Assembly: GCA_035291405.1 (NCBI GenBank)
Contig: DATDSD010000065.1
Coordinates: forward strand, 1-41,691
Origin: Patescibacteria group bacterium
Lineage (GTDB): Bacteria; Patescibacteriota; Microgenomatia; UBA8517
Length of the DNA: 41,691 nucleotides
Direction: 5' to 3'
Shown here: positions 27,065-35,651 of the stretch, piece by piece
How the letters are laid out: each line of letters begins with the position of its first letter
Numbering within the stretch: the first letter of the stretch is position 1
Notes under the pieces: generated by a model
The model's input: the letters and a program-made list of their open reading frames with translations, nothing else
Databases searched by the model: none
What the model was told of the DNA's origin: nothing
Translations under genes and position numbers: made by a program

Positions 27065-27073
27065 TGTGGATAA
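27065..27073. promoter_or_regulatory. Perfect DnaA box in the rpmH-dnaA intergenic region
   Basis: TGTGGATAA, the reverse complement of TTATCCACA, lies 72 nt upstream of the dnaA ATG. Confidence 0.7.
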
Positions 27074-27144
27074 CTTTTTTACTATGTGGCTTGACTGTTT
27101 AAATAGTTAAATTGTAGCTTTTCTCCTGCCAGAAAGATTTATTC

Positions 27145-28524
27145 ATGGATAAAAAAGATTACAACAAGCTTTGGAAGGACACATTAGAAATTTTACAAAT
27201 TTCTGTATCTGATGCTACTTTTAAAACATATCTATCTCACACACATCTAATGGATATTAAAGAAATAGGAGATCGGGTAATTGCTCAAATAGGCTGTGAG
27301 TCTGTATTTATTAAACAACAAGTTGAACAACGCTATTTTGGTTTAATACAAGACACTTTAAATAAAGAATTAGAAAAACAAACAGATTTAACCTTTATTG
27401 TTAAACAACTTTCTGGAAATGAACATGAAGGTTTCGAAAAACCCTCACCACTCTTTGATCAACCAAAAATAAATCAAGAAGAAATAAATGAAGCCTTAAA
27501 AAGAGCGAATTTAAGGTTTGCTTTTACTTTTGATAAATTCGCGGTTTCAGGATCAAATCAACTTGCCCATGCAGCAGCTGAGGCCGTAGCACAAAATCCA
27601 GGAACAACATATAACCCATTATTTATTTATGGTGGGGTGGGGGTAGGTAAAAGCCATTTGATGCATGCAGTTGGACATGCAATGATATTTAAAAATACCG
27701 GCTCTAAAATCTTAGCTTGTACTGCCGAGGATTTCACTAATGATATTGTTGATGGAATTAGAAACAAAACAACAGCAGAAGTTCGTAAGAAATATAGAAA
27801 ACTAGATGCATTATTTATTGATGATATTCAATTTATTGCGGGCAAGGATACAGCACAAGAAGAATTCTTTCATACCTTTAATGCGGTTACTTCAGCTGGG
27901 GGACAGGTCATTTTAACGTCAGACAGACCCCCTTCTGAAATATCTAAATTAGAAGATAGATTAAGAAGTAGGTTTGAAGCAGGACTTATTGTTGATGTAG
28001 CTCCTCCAGATTTTGAACTTCGAAGCGCAATTGTTCAAATTAAAGCAGAAGAAAGGGGAATATCACTAGGAAATGAACAGGTGGCATTAATTGCAGGTAA
28101 TATTACTTCCGCCCGTGAAATCCAAGGCTTTTTAGTTCGTCTTTTCACCGAGATTAATTTTAAACATGTAAATCTAACAACTGAACTTATACAATCTCTC
28201 CTAGGAAAATCTGATGAGACCTTAGATGTTAAAATAAAAGTTAATCCTGATGATGTTATAAACTCGGTAGCCAAGTATTATTCGTTGGGAAAAAGACAAC
28301 TATTAAGTGAATCTAGACAAAGGCCAATAGCCAGACCTAGACAGATCTTAATGTATATTCTAAAAATTCAAGTTGGATTACCTTACCAAGAAGTGGGAAG
28401 AATAATTGGAGGAAGGGATCATACTACAGTAATGCATGCTGTTAATAAGATTACTCAATTACTCTCAACCAATGTGGATATTCAAGAGGATATCAGGGGG
28501 ATAAAAAATTCACTAAATGGATAA
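27145..28524 (+). CDS. dnaA: Chromosomal replication initiator DnaA
   Basis: 459 aa. Motifs NPLFIYGGVGVGKSHLMHAVG (Walker A), LFIDDIQFIAGK and SDRPP. The C-terminal DNA-binding domain reads ARPRQILMYI...GGRDHTTVMHAVNKI. Confidence 0.98.
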   Translation: MDKKDYNKLWKDTLEILQISVSDATFKTYLSHTHLMDIKEIGDRVIAQIGCESVFIKQQVEQRYFGLIQDTLNKELEKQTDLTFIVKQLSGNEHEGFEKPSPLFDQPKINQEEINEALKRANLRFAFTFDKFAVSGSNQLAHAAAEAVAQNPGTTYNPLFIYGGVGVGKSHLMHAVGHAMIFKNTGSKILACTAEDFTNDIVDGIRNKTTAEVRKKYRKLDALFIDDIQFIAGKDTAQEEFFHTFNAVTSAGGQVILTSDRPPSEISKLEDRLRSRFEAGLIVDVAPPDFELRSAIVQIKAEERGISLGNEQVALIAGNITSAREIQGFLVRLFTEINFKHVNLTTELIQSLLGKSDETLDVKIKVNPDDVINSVAKYYSLGKRQLLSESRQRPIARPRQILMYILKIQVGLPYQEVGRIIGGRDHTTVMHAVNKITQLLSTNVDIQEDIRGIKNSLNG

Positions 28525-28542
28525 CTTTGTAATTTCGTCCAC

Positions 28543-28700
28543 TTATCCACAATTTATGATAATTTATACACATATTTATACACCGGCTTATCTCCCGTAA
28601 TAAACAAGAAAATCAGAATTTGAGAATTAACTTTAATAACATATCCCCATCCCCTACTACTAGTACTACTAATTAAAATATGATATTACATAAGTACCAT
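28543..28700. other. Candidate oriC core in the dnaA-dnaN spacer: DnaA boxes, GC cluster, DnaA-trio-like repeat and AT-rich tract
   Basis: Elements in order: TTATCCACA (28543..28551, perfect), TTATACACA (28564..28572), TTATACACC (28576..28584) and the degenerate ATATCCCCA (28641..28649). These are followed by TCCCC, then TAC-TAC-TAG-TAC-TAC-TAA (28655..28672), then an AT-rich stretch running to dnaN. Confidence 0.55.
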
Positions 28701-28723
28701 TTTTGAAGAAAAAAAATAATATT

Positions 28724-29833
28724 ATGAAACTATCAATACTACAAGAAAACCTAAAAAATGCAGTTAACCTAACAAGCCATTTCATTTCTAGTAAAGCCCA
28801 ACTTCCTATCCTTGCAAATATTTTGATTAAAGCAGATAAAACAAAGTTAACTTTTTCAGCAACTAACTTAGAAAATTCAATTACTACTTCAATTGCAGCT
28901 AAAATTGAAAAAGAAGGGGAAATAACAGTCAATGGAAAAATTCTAAATGATATAGTTTCTAATCTGTCGTCAGGAACCATAGAAATTGAAATGGTTAAAG
29001 AGCAAATAAAATTAAGTTCACTAAAATTTAAGTCAAATATTTTAGGCTCAAATACTTCAGATTTTCCAAAATTACCCAAAGATATTGGGAAAAAACCAAT
29101 TATTTTAAATAAAGAAGAATTTATTAAAAGTCTATCAAAAATTCTTTTCTCTGTATCTCTTGATGAAACAAGACCAATCTTAACTGGAGTTTTATTTCTC
29201 TTTAAAAACAAAAGTCTTTCTCTTGTGGCGACTGATGGATTTAGACTCTCTGAAATTAACTTAAAAACACAAGTGGAGGTTGGAGACTTTAGTCTGATTA
29301 TTCCAAGGTCGATTTTGAACGAAATAATTAGAATTGAAGGCGAGGATGAAATAATGATGTCGTATGACAAAGACAGTAATCAAGTCATATTTAAACTTGG
29401 TGATACTCTACTTTCCTCAAGGGTTATTGAGGGAGAATTTCCTGATTACAAAAAAATTATACCTAAGAGTTCAGAAGCTATTTTAAACGTTGATAAATAT
29501 GAATTGGAAAAAGCTATTAAATTATCCTCGGTTTTTGCAAGAGACTCCGGAAATATCATTAAGATTAAGATAGAGGATAGTATTATGGTCATCTCAGCTG
29601 AAAGCTCCTCTTCAGGAAGTCAGGAAACAGAGTTAGAAACACGAAACGAGGAAACATCTAAAAATAAGATTGAGATAATGTTTAACTTTAGGTTCATTGA
29701 GGAAGCTATAAAATCTATAGAAGATGATGAAGTACAAATTAAAATAACTGGACCAAATACTGCTGCAATTTTCTTGGATCCAAAATCCTCTAACTTTCTT
29801 CACTTAATAATGCCAATTAAATCACAAAGCTAA
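28724..29833 (+). CDS. dnaN: DNA polymerase III beta sliding clamp
   Basis: MKLSILQENLKNAVNLTSHFISSKAQLPILANILIKA is a typical DnaN N-terminus, and the protein has three-domain length. The ORF track starts at a TTG at 28703; the ATG at 28724 is preferred. Synteny with dnaA. Confidence 0.95.
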   Translation: MKLSILQENLKNAVNLTSHFISSKAQLPILANILIKADKTKLTFSATNLENSITTSIAAKIEKEGEITVNGKILNDIVSNLSSGTIEIEMVKEQIKLSSLKFKSNILGSNTSDFPKLPKDIGKKPIILNKEEFIKSLSKILFSVSLDETRPILTGVLFLFKNKSLSLVATDGFRLSEINLKTQVEVGDFSLIIPRSILNEIIRIEGEDEIMMSYDKDSNQVIFKLGDTLLSSRVIEGEFPDYKKIIPKSSEAILNVDKYELEKAIKLSSVFARDSGNIIKIKIEDSIMVISAESSSSGSQETELETRNEETSKNKIEIMFNFRFIEEAIKSIEDDEVQIKITGPNTAAIFLDPKSSNFLHLIMPIKSQS

Positions 29834-29837
29834 TAAC

Positions 29838-30503
29838 TTAAAATTCTTCGTTAGGTTGCATCGTGTAATATTTAATAGGTTCTTCTGCTCCAGCTTTTTT
29901 TAGTTTTTTCAAAGCATCTTCAATAATTGTTTTTATCGTTTGTTCGTCTGTCTGTTCTTGTAAAAATCTAATTCTAAACATTTTTTTATCATAATCATAA
30001 ACGATTCTATATTCTTTTGTTTCAATAGGAAGACTTGTGTACCAAGGGTTATCTTCAACAAATCTCCTTGTTGCATCATTGTAGGCAGTATCCCCTTCTG
30101 CTTGGAGTTTTCCTTCACTTTCTAGCTGCTCAGGTGTAAAAGGGTTTGTTGTAAATTCAAAGGAATAGATCTCTTTCTCGACAAAGTTAATTGAAATTTT
30201 ATATTTAACCCCATATTCAAATTGGTTTTCCGGCGAAATGCGAATTTTATTAGTTTGATAAACAATTTCAGATTTTACTTGAGGTTCTATTTTAACTTTC
30301 AGGTTGTTTCCTTCTTCTAAAGACATTTCTCTGTTTAGTTCAACTAATACTTCCGACTTTTCGTTTACAAAAACAGCATTATTTTTTGGAGTTGTTGATA
30401 TGACACTAAGAGTAGGAACCTCTTCCTTTTTTGGAATTAATAAGATTAAAACAAAAATTATAAAAACAATAAGACCTATAAAAATAAATATTTTTTTCTT
30501 CAT
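29838..30503 (-). CDS. Membrane-anchored extracytoplasmic protein, last gene of the T4SS-like operon
   Basis: 221 aa. An N-terminal TM (IFIFIGLIVFIIFVLILLI) is followed by a beta-rich segment and then an alpha/beta C-terminal domain. Its start overlaps the upstream stop in an ATGA arrangement. Confidence 0.6.
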   Translation of the reverse strand: MKKKIFIFIGLIVFIIFVLILLIPKKEEVPTLSVISTTPKNNAVFVNEKSEVLVELNREMSLEEGNNLKVKIEPQVKSEIVYQTNKIRISPENQFEYGVKYKISINFVEKEIYSFEFTTNPFTPEQLESEGKLQAEGDTAYNDATRRFVEDNPWYTSLPIETKEYRIVYDYDKKMFRIRFLQEQTDEQTIKTIIEDALKKLKKAGAEEPIKYYTMQPNEEF

Positions 30504-32956
30504 GGTAATCCTATTCCAATTACATCAATATATCCAGGTTTTCCTTGTAAACCACCTGAACCTAAGGTCAAATGCTCAACCTTAAGCCCAGCATTTGATT
30601 GAATATATGTTACATCATCCCCATTTACCTGATAAATCATACCAACATGATCAATTCTGTCTTTTTCGTTATCTACGTCAAAAAATATTACAGCACCAGG
30701 AAGGGCGTTTGTGGAATTAACATCCTTTGCATCAAAATATGTGTGATTATTGTAAAAGTCATCTTTCATTGTTGGTGAATATAATGTTGGATTAATACTA
30801 ATTCCGTTTTCTGTATATGCTTTTTGTATAAGCCAAGTACACCAGAAAAGATCTTCTCCTGCTGTTGGGCTGGCGTCGGGATTTGTGGCATACAACTGTT
30901 CATCAAATAACTCAGGATAACTTGGAGGGTAAGTCGTTACATCTGTAGAATAATCTCCTGGAGATCTATTCCAATAACACCAGAAACCTTGATATAAATC
31001 TTCAACAATATGCAAGCCACGGGTTGCAACTGCAGAATTTACAGAATAATTAATTCCTGTAGGTTCTTTTAATGGAGAACATCCTAAACCTGGCCCTGGT
31101 CCTGGACCATCTACAACAGGTTGCGGTGGAACCATATAAGCCCCTGAATTAATAACCAACATTATAAAAGCAACCATTGGAGGAATAACTACAAGAGCAA
31201 TGATAACTGGAGCGGCTATCGTAAAAACAAAGGCTCTACCTAATACCCCAAGAAAACCACCAACTGAAGCACCAATCTTTGCAAGAGAAAAATTTTTTGC
31301 AAGGAGCATTCCACCAAGAAACATTCCCCCACCAACCCAAGGTCCCCAAATCGCAAGCCCCCCAACACCTAAAAGTATTGGTCCATTATCTCTAAGCCAT
31401 TTCTTTATCTTAGGTAAATTAATAATTTTTCCAATTGCCGCCATCACTGCCGTAATTAAAATAGAAACACCAGCCGTGAATACTCCCAAACCAACACCTA
31501 TAGCTGCAGCCCCTTTTGCAAGTAACCCACTAAGGCCAGCCTTTACCCCGACACTAGTTGCAACTTTACCTGCAACCTGTTTTGTTACTCCAGTGGATAT
31601 TGCTACTGAGGGTGTAACAGCAACGGAGGATGTTATCCCGGTGTTGATTCCTGCTAATTTTCCTACACCACTTATAATTGGTGCATATTCTGGAGCAATT
31701 TTTAAGGCAAGCCTTCCAAGTAAATTAGTAGCCTCCCATTTAACAGGAGTTCCAATACCAAATCTAGAAAAGAGTAAACTTTTTGCTTCTGTTGATTGAA
31801 GAATTTTTCCAGCGGCAGACTGTGGTGTAAGTAGAGCAATCCTTTTTTCAATTAGAGTACCTGCCCGTCGGTACAAAACCCCTTTTGTTTGGTCAACTCC
31901 AAATTCTTTTACCAAAGCCAAGCTTTGACTTTGATCATCTATTATTTGTTGGTTACTCTGAACAACTTGATATGGAGAAAAGGTTGAAACATATCCAGGT
32001 TGTGGGGTTTCTGAGATACTCACCTTAACTTTATCAGGACCAACTCCAAAAACAATATTTGCAAAACTTTCACCAAAAGCTAATTTGGTGATATCTTTTG
32101 CAATTTGATCAGGAAAAATTCTAAAAACAGCAACATTATTTGCACTATGCTTTATTAAATCTTGTGCATCTTTTGTGACGGCAGTTTTACTTATAACGTC
32201 GGGAGTATTTGCAATATGTGCAAGAACTGCAGTTTGATAAGAGGTAGGAATGTACTGAGGAGAATCAATCTGGGTTAAATTTTCAACCAATTGTGTAGCA
32301 GTCTGTTTTGTTACAACTTTGATTTCTTCTTCTGTTAGTCCTTGCTTTTTAAGTTCAACAGATGTTCTTTTCTCAATTTCTTGACTTAAATCTTCGACTG
32401 CTTGCTTAGGATCTTGTTTAGAGAATTCTTTGTATGTATCAAAATCTTTTTGTTCGTCTTCTGTTAATTTTGTTTCTTCCTGTGGCTCTATTTTTACATG
32501 CAGTACCTTTTCCTTTTGTTTTTCTAAATCTTTTAAAATCTGATCATTTTTTGTCTTTAATTCTTCAAGTTTTTGTCTTGCTCTATCAACTTCCTGTTTT
32601 GCGTTTTCTCTAGTTTCTTTAATTTGTTCTTCTCTTTTTTCCAATTTCTCTTCCAGCACAGCAGACTCGTCTTTATTGATTGTTGTCTTTTGTTGTGCTT
32701 CGGGTCTTTCTGCCTCTTTAGTTGTTCTTATTCTTTCCTCATACCAGTGTTCTACTAGAATTCCTAAGTACTTATCTGGAATGTCAATGTCTTTTGGAAT
32801 ACCTAAATTAATCAGTTGTTTTTTAATGATTTTAAATTCTTCAGATTCGTATTCTAAGATATTCTTCAACCTATCACTTAAGAACTTCAATTGTTCATCT
32901 GATAATGTTTCTGGTACTGGTAAATCCAATAATTGAGATAAGATATTGTTTTTCAT
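30500..32956 (-). CDS. T4SS-associated cell-wall hydrolase: coiled-coil N-domain, Gly-rich multi-TM region, C-terminal CHAP/NlpC-P60 domain
   Basis: 818 aa with no signal peptide. Residues ~80-200 are a highly charged coiled coil. A Gly/Ala-rich hydrophobic region follows (GVGLGVFTAGVSILITAVMAAIG, GGLAIWGPWVGGGMFLGGMLL, FVFTIAAPVIIALVVIPPMVAFIMLVI), then a GPGPGPG linker. The papain-like hydrolase motifs are DLFWCTWLIQKAY (catalytic Cys) and IDHVGMIY (His). Confidence 0.75.
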   Translation of the reverse strand: MKNNILSQLLDLPVPETLSDEQLKFLSDRLKNILEYESEEFKIIKKQLINLGIPKDIDIPDKYLGILVEHWYEERIRTTKEAERPEAQQKTTINKDESAVLEEKLEKREEQIKETRENAKQEVDRARQKLEELKTKNDQILKDLEKQKEKVLHVKIEPQEETKLTEDEQKDFDTYKEFSKQDPKQAVEDLSQEIEKRTSVELKKQGLTEEEIKVVTKQTATQLVENLTQIDSPQYIPTSYQTAVLAHIANTPDVISKTAVTKDAQDLIKHSANNVAVFRIFPDQIAKDITKLAFGESFANIVFGVGPDKVKVSISETPQPGYVSTFSPYQVVQSNQQIIDDQSQSLALVKEFGVDQTKGVLYRRAGTLIEKRIALLTPQSAAGKILQSTEAKSLLFSRFGIGTPVKWEATNLLGRLALKIAPEYAPIISGVGKLAGINTGITSSVAVTPSVAISTGVTKQVAGKVATSVGVKAGLSGLLAKGAAAIGVGLGVFTAGVSILITAVMAAIGKIINLPKIKKWLRDNGPILLGVGGLAIWGPWVGGGMFLGGMLLAKNFSLAKIGASVGGFLGVLGRAFVFTIAAPVIIALVVIPPMVAFIMLVINSGAYMVPPQPVVDGPGPGPGLGCSPLKEPTGINYSVNSAVATRGLHIVEDLYQGFWCYWNRSPGDYSTDVTTYPPSYPELFDEQLYATNPDASPTAGEDLFWCTWLIQKAYTENGISINPTLYSPTMKDDFYNNHTYFDAKDVNSTNALPGAVIFFDVDNEKDRIDHVGMIYQVNGDDVTYIQSNAGLKVEHLTLGSGGLQGKPGYIDVIGIGLP

Positions 32957-34836
32957 GCTTCTTTATTCCATGCTTTTAAATTAGGCATTGTTGTCGTCGG
33001 ATTATCTTGCGGTTTAGTATTAATTAATTTATGTTCTTCTTCAGAAGCAACAACTCTAATAGGTGCATGGTGAGGACCGGCAAAGAAAATTCCTTCTCCG
33101 ACATTTGCTGCTAAGAGTAATTGTTTTTCTCCTTGAGAAAGATAGAAAAGATCTCCTATTTTATCTATTGCTGCAGGTGATTGTTTCAGTAGAAGCCTTA
33201 AAGCGCTGTTTGTGACAATTGCCTTTCCAATGTCCTGACTTAGGAAGTCCTCGACGTCCTGAGTGATTGTAGTGAGTCCCAGATAGTATTTTCTAGCCCT
33301 CTTGACAACGGACCAAAGAAATTGTGCCGTGTCAGGATATCTCATCATGTGCCACGCCTCGTCTACAATTAATATTCTTCTTTTAATATCTTTTTTAACT
33401 CTGGTCCAGATATAGTCTAAAATCATAAACATCGCAATTGGTCTTAGTGCATCTTGTAAATCTTTAACAGAAAAAACAGTGAAGGGATTATTTAAATTTA
33501 TGTTTGTCTGTTTATCAAAAATTCCCTGGAAGGATCCTCTAACAAATTTTTCAATACGGGCGGCCAAATCCAAAGCCTCTGGAACCTCCATGCCAATTAA
33601 AGTTTTGTATAAATCTTCAATTAAAGGAGGCTCTTTGGTTTGAGTTTCTGGATCATTTGTTATACCCTTGGCTTTATAAGTCATAATTAAAGCACGGTCA
33701 AGCATTGCTTCTTGCGTTGGTGTGATTTGACCCATTATAACTTTCATCAGGGAGTGAAGAGACAGTATTTTTAATCCCAATTGATTTTCTCCCTCTTCTC
33801 TAATTTGAGCAAGATCAAAAGGATTAATTTTTGCTGAAGAATTAAATGAGAAAGCAATATATTCTCCCCCCACAGCTTCACAAAGGGTTTTATACTCAGC
33901 TTCAGGATCTAATATTATTGCTTCTGAACCAATCATTAAGGACCTGACCGCTTCAAGTTTTACAAAATACGATTTTCCGGCACCAGAGGTGGCAAACACA
34001 GTCATGTTTCCATTCTCCAAAGAAAATCTGTCAAATATAATGAAAGATTCATTTTGGGAGTTTATTCCGTACAAAACCCCCCTGTCTGATGACAATTCTG
34101 CTGATGTAAATGGAAAAGTGGTAGCAACAGAAGTTGTATCCATATTCCTAGTGATTGCTAATCTGTCTTGTCCATATGGTGCTGATGAAAGAAAACCTTC
34201 ACGTTGGTCAAGCATTGCATGTTTAGCAACAATTAAAAGTGAACCCAAAAGAGACTCAATTTGACGACTTATATTATTTAATTCATCAATAGAATTTGCA
34301 GGAATAGTAATGTAAAAAGAAAATTCATAATATCTTTCAATCCCCTTTACAAGTTGTTCTTGAAGAGCCCTTGCATCTTCAAGTTTAGCTGTAGTTGCAG
34401 GGTCAACAATTCTTCCCCTTTCAATATCAGTTGAGATTTCAGCCTCCATTTCTGCAATTTTTCGTCTAAGGTCGTCTAACACAGACTTTCCTTGGACGGG
34501 GTAAACATAAAAAGAAATATCTAAAGAACTATTAAAATTAACAATAGGTTCAAGCCATCCAGGAGCAACAAACCTTGGATAGCCTGCAACAAATAAAGTT
34601 TTGTAGTAAACATTGTTTACTTTTATAAAATCAAAATCTACTTCAACATCGTTTGGAGCAATTACATCATGAAGTTGCATTCCTCCACTTTCAATCATTG
34701 ATATCGGGTTTTTAATCTCGGGTTTTACTATAGCTACTGGTTTTTCCATTTTCTTATTCTGTTCTTCGACTTTTATGTTTGTATTGGTTGGAACTACAAC
34801 CGGTTCGCCTGCTTGATTTAAACTGTTATTATTCAT
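32953..34836 (-). CDS. virB4: VirB4/TraC/TrsE-family T4SS ATPase
   Basis: 627 aa. Walker A is FATSGAGKSYFVK and Walker B is RRILIVDEAWHMM (the DEAW typical of VirB4). The downstream block is YYLGLTTITQDVEDF. Its stop overlaps the next ATG (ATGA). Confidence 0.88.
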   Translation of the reverse strand: MNNNSLNQAGEPVVVPTNTNIKVEEQNKKMEKPVAIVKPEIKNPISMIESGGMQLHDVIAPNDVEVDFDFIKVNNVYYKTLFVAGYPRFVAPGWLEPIVNFNSSLDISFYVYPVQGKSVLDDLRRKIAEMEAEISTDIERGRIVDPATTAKLEDARALQEQLVKGIERYYEFSFYITIPANSIDELNNISRQIESLLGSLLIVAKHAMLDQREGFLSSAPYGQDRLAITRNMDTTSVATTFPFTSAELSSDRGVLYGINSQNESFIIFDRFSLENGNMTVFATSGAGKSYFVKLEAVRSLMIGSEAIILDPEAEYKTLCEAVGGEYIAFSFNSSAKINPFDLAQIREEGENQLGLKILSLHSLMKVIMGQITPTQEAMLDRALIMTYKAKGITNDPETQTKEPPLIEDLYKTLIGMEVPEALDLAARIEKFVRGSFQGIFDKQTNINLNNPFTVFSVKDLQDALRPIAMFMILDYIWTRVKKDIKRRILIVDEAWHMMRYPDTAQFLWSVVKRARKYYLGLTTITQDVEDFLSQDIGKAIVTNSALRLLLKQSPAAIDKIGDLFYLSQGEKQLLLAANVGEGIFFAGPHHAPIRVVASEEEHKLINTKPQDNPTTTMPNLKAWNKEA

Positions 34837-34839
34837 AAT

Positions 34840-35649
34840 TTATATATCTTTCTTTACTGCTGGTGGCTCAGGATTATTTATCCAATAATAAAGATCAATT
34901 AAATCGTTAGTTGTTAATTGCTTTAGTTTAAGACCAAGTCTTCCAGCCTGTCTTATAAGATGATCTCTTTTGGGGAAAAGTGTAATCTTTGCCTTTTTAA
35001 GTACATAATCTTTTGGAAATGGTAATGGGCCTTTTTTAAGAACAGATTGGGCTGATTTTGTAACCCCAAGTTCAAGTGGACTAAAAGGAATTGCTATGAA
35101 AAATCTTTTTCCCAAAACTGTTTTTTTCTTAATAGAGTCTGTTATAAAATGCCTGTAATCAGCAGTAATGTTAGCCAACTTAGGATTTGTAATTTTACTT
35201 GAAGATTCATCAAAAAATCTAATATAACCAGATATATCCTTTTTCTGAGTTCTAACAACAATTTGCATTGAAAAAGAAAGAGAATTAATTAGAGCTGCAA
35301 ATGCAGCAACTACTGCCTGTTGTTCTTTTTCAGAAAGTAAACCAAAGTTAAGTGAGGAAGATTCCAAAACAACAGATGCTCCCCCATCTTTGAACAGAAC
35401 AATATCATCAACAATATCAGCGATAGGTAGATGATCCTGTGTTGTTGACCTAAGTGGCATGTCTGGTGTTCCAAAATATGGAATTTTACTGATTAACTCT
35501 TTTAATTTTTGTTTAAAATCAGAACCTTTTTTACTTTCAACTTTTGTTTTTTCAGTTTGTGAATTATTAACAACAGGTTGTGAAGAGGTATTACTCTGTG
35601 TGGTGTAAATTGTTGTTTGGTTTGGTTGTTGTACTTTTACGTTATCCAT
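34840..35649 (-). CDS. Hypothetical T4SS-operon protein resembling a stand-alone VirB4 N-terminal domain (no P-loop)
   Basis: 269 aa. A Ser/Thr/Gln-rich N-terminus is followed by LPIADIVDDIVLFKDGGASVVLESSSLNFGLLSEKEQQAVVAAFAALINSLSFSMQIVVRTQKKDI. This matches the order of conserved blocks I recall at the N-terminus of Gram-positive VirB4/TraC proteins. No Walker motifs are present. Confidence 0.5.
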   Translation of the reverse strand: MDNVKVQQPNQTTIYTTQSNTSSQPVVNNSQTEKTKVESKKGSDFKQKLKELISKIPYFGTPDMPLRSTTQDHLPIADIVDDIVLFKDGGASVVLESSSLNFGLLSEKEQQAVVAAFAALINSLSFSMQIVVRTQKKDISGYIRFFDESSSKITNPKLANITADYRHFITDSIKKKTVLGKRFFIAIPFSPLELGVTKSAQSVLKKGPLPFPKDYVLKKAKITLFPKRDHLIRQAGRLGLKLKQLTTNDLIDLYYWINNPEPPAVKKDI

Positions 35650-35651
35650 AT

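Noticed and set aside
28669-29370. 233-aa minus-strand ORF overlapping the dnaN 5' half
   Set aside because: It is antisense to a clearly recognisable beta-clamp gene. The product is S/I/F/L-rich low-complexity sequence. It would also run through the oriC-like spacer.
31200-31799. 199-aa plus-strand ORF, plus others at 32573..32936, 33989..34264, 35944..36321, 36287..36723, 39595..40532 and 41363..41548
   Set aside because: These are shadow ORFs antisense or out of frame within the long T4SS-like genes. Their compositions (P/T/A runs, or C/F/S-rich stretches) mirror the opposite-strand coding bias. The long minus-strand frames have recognisable motifs.
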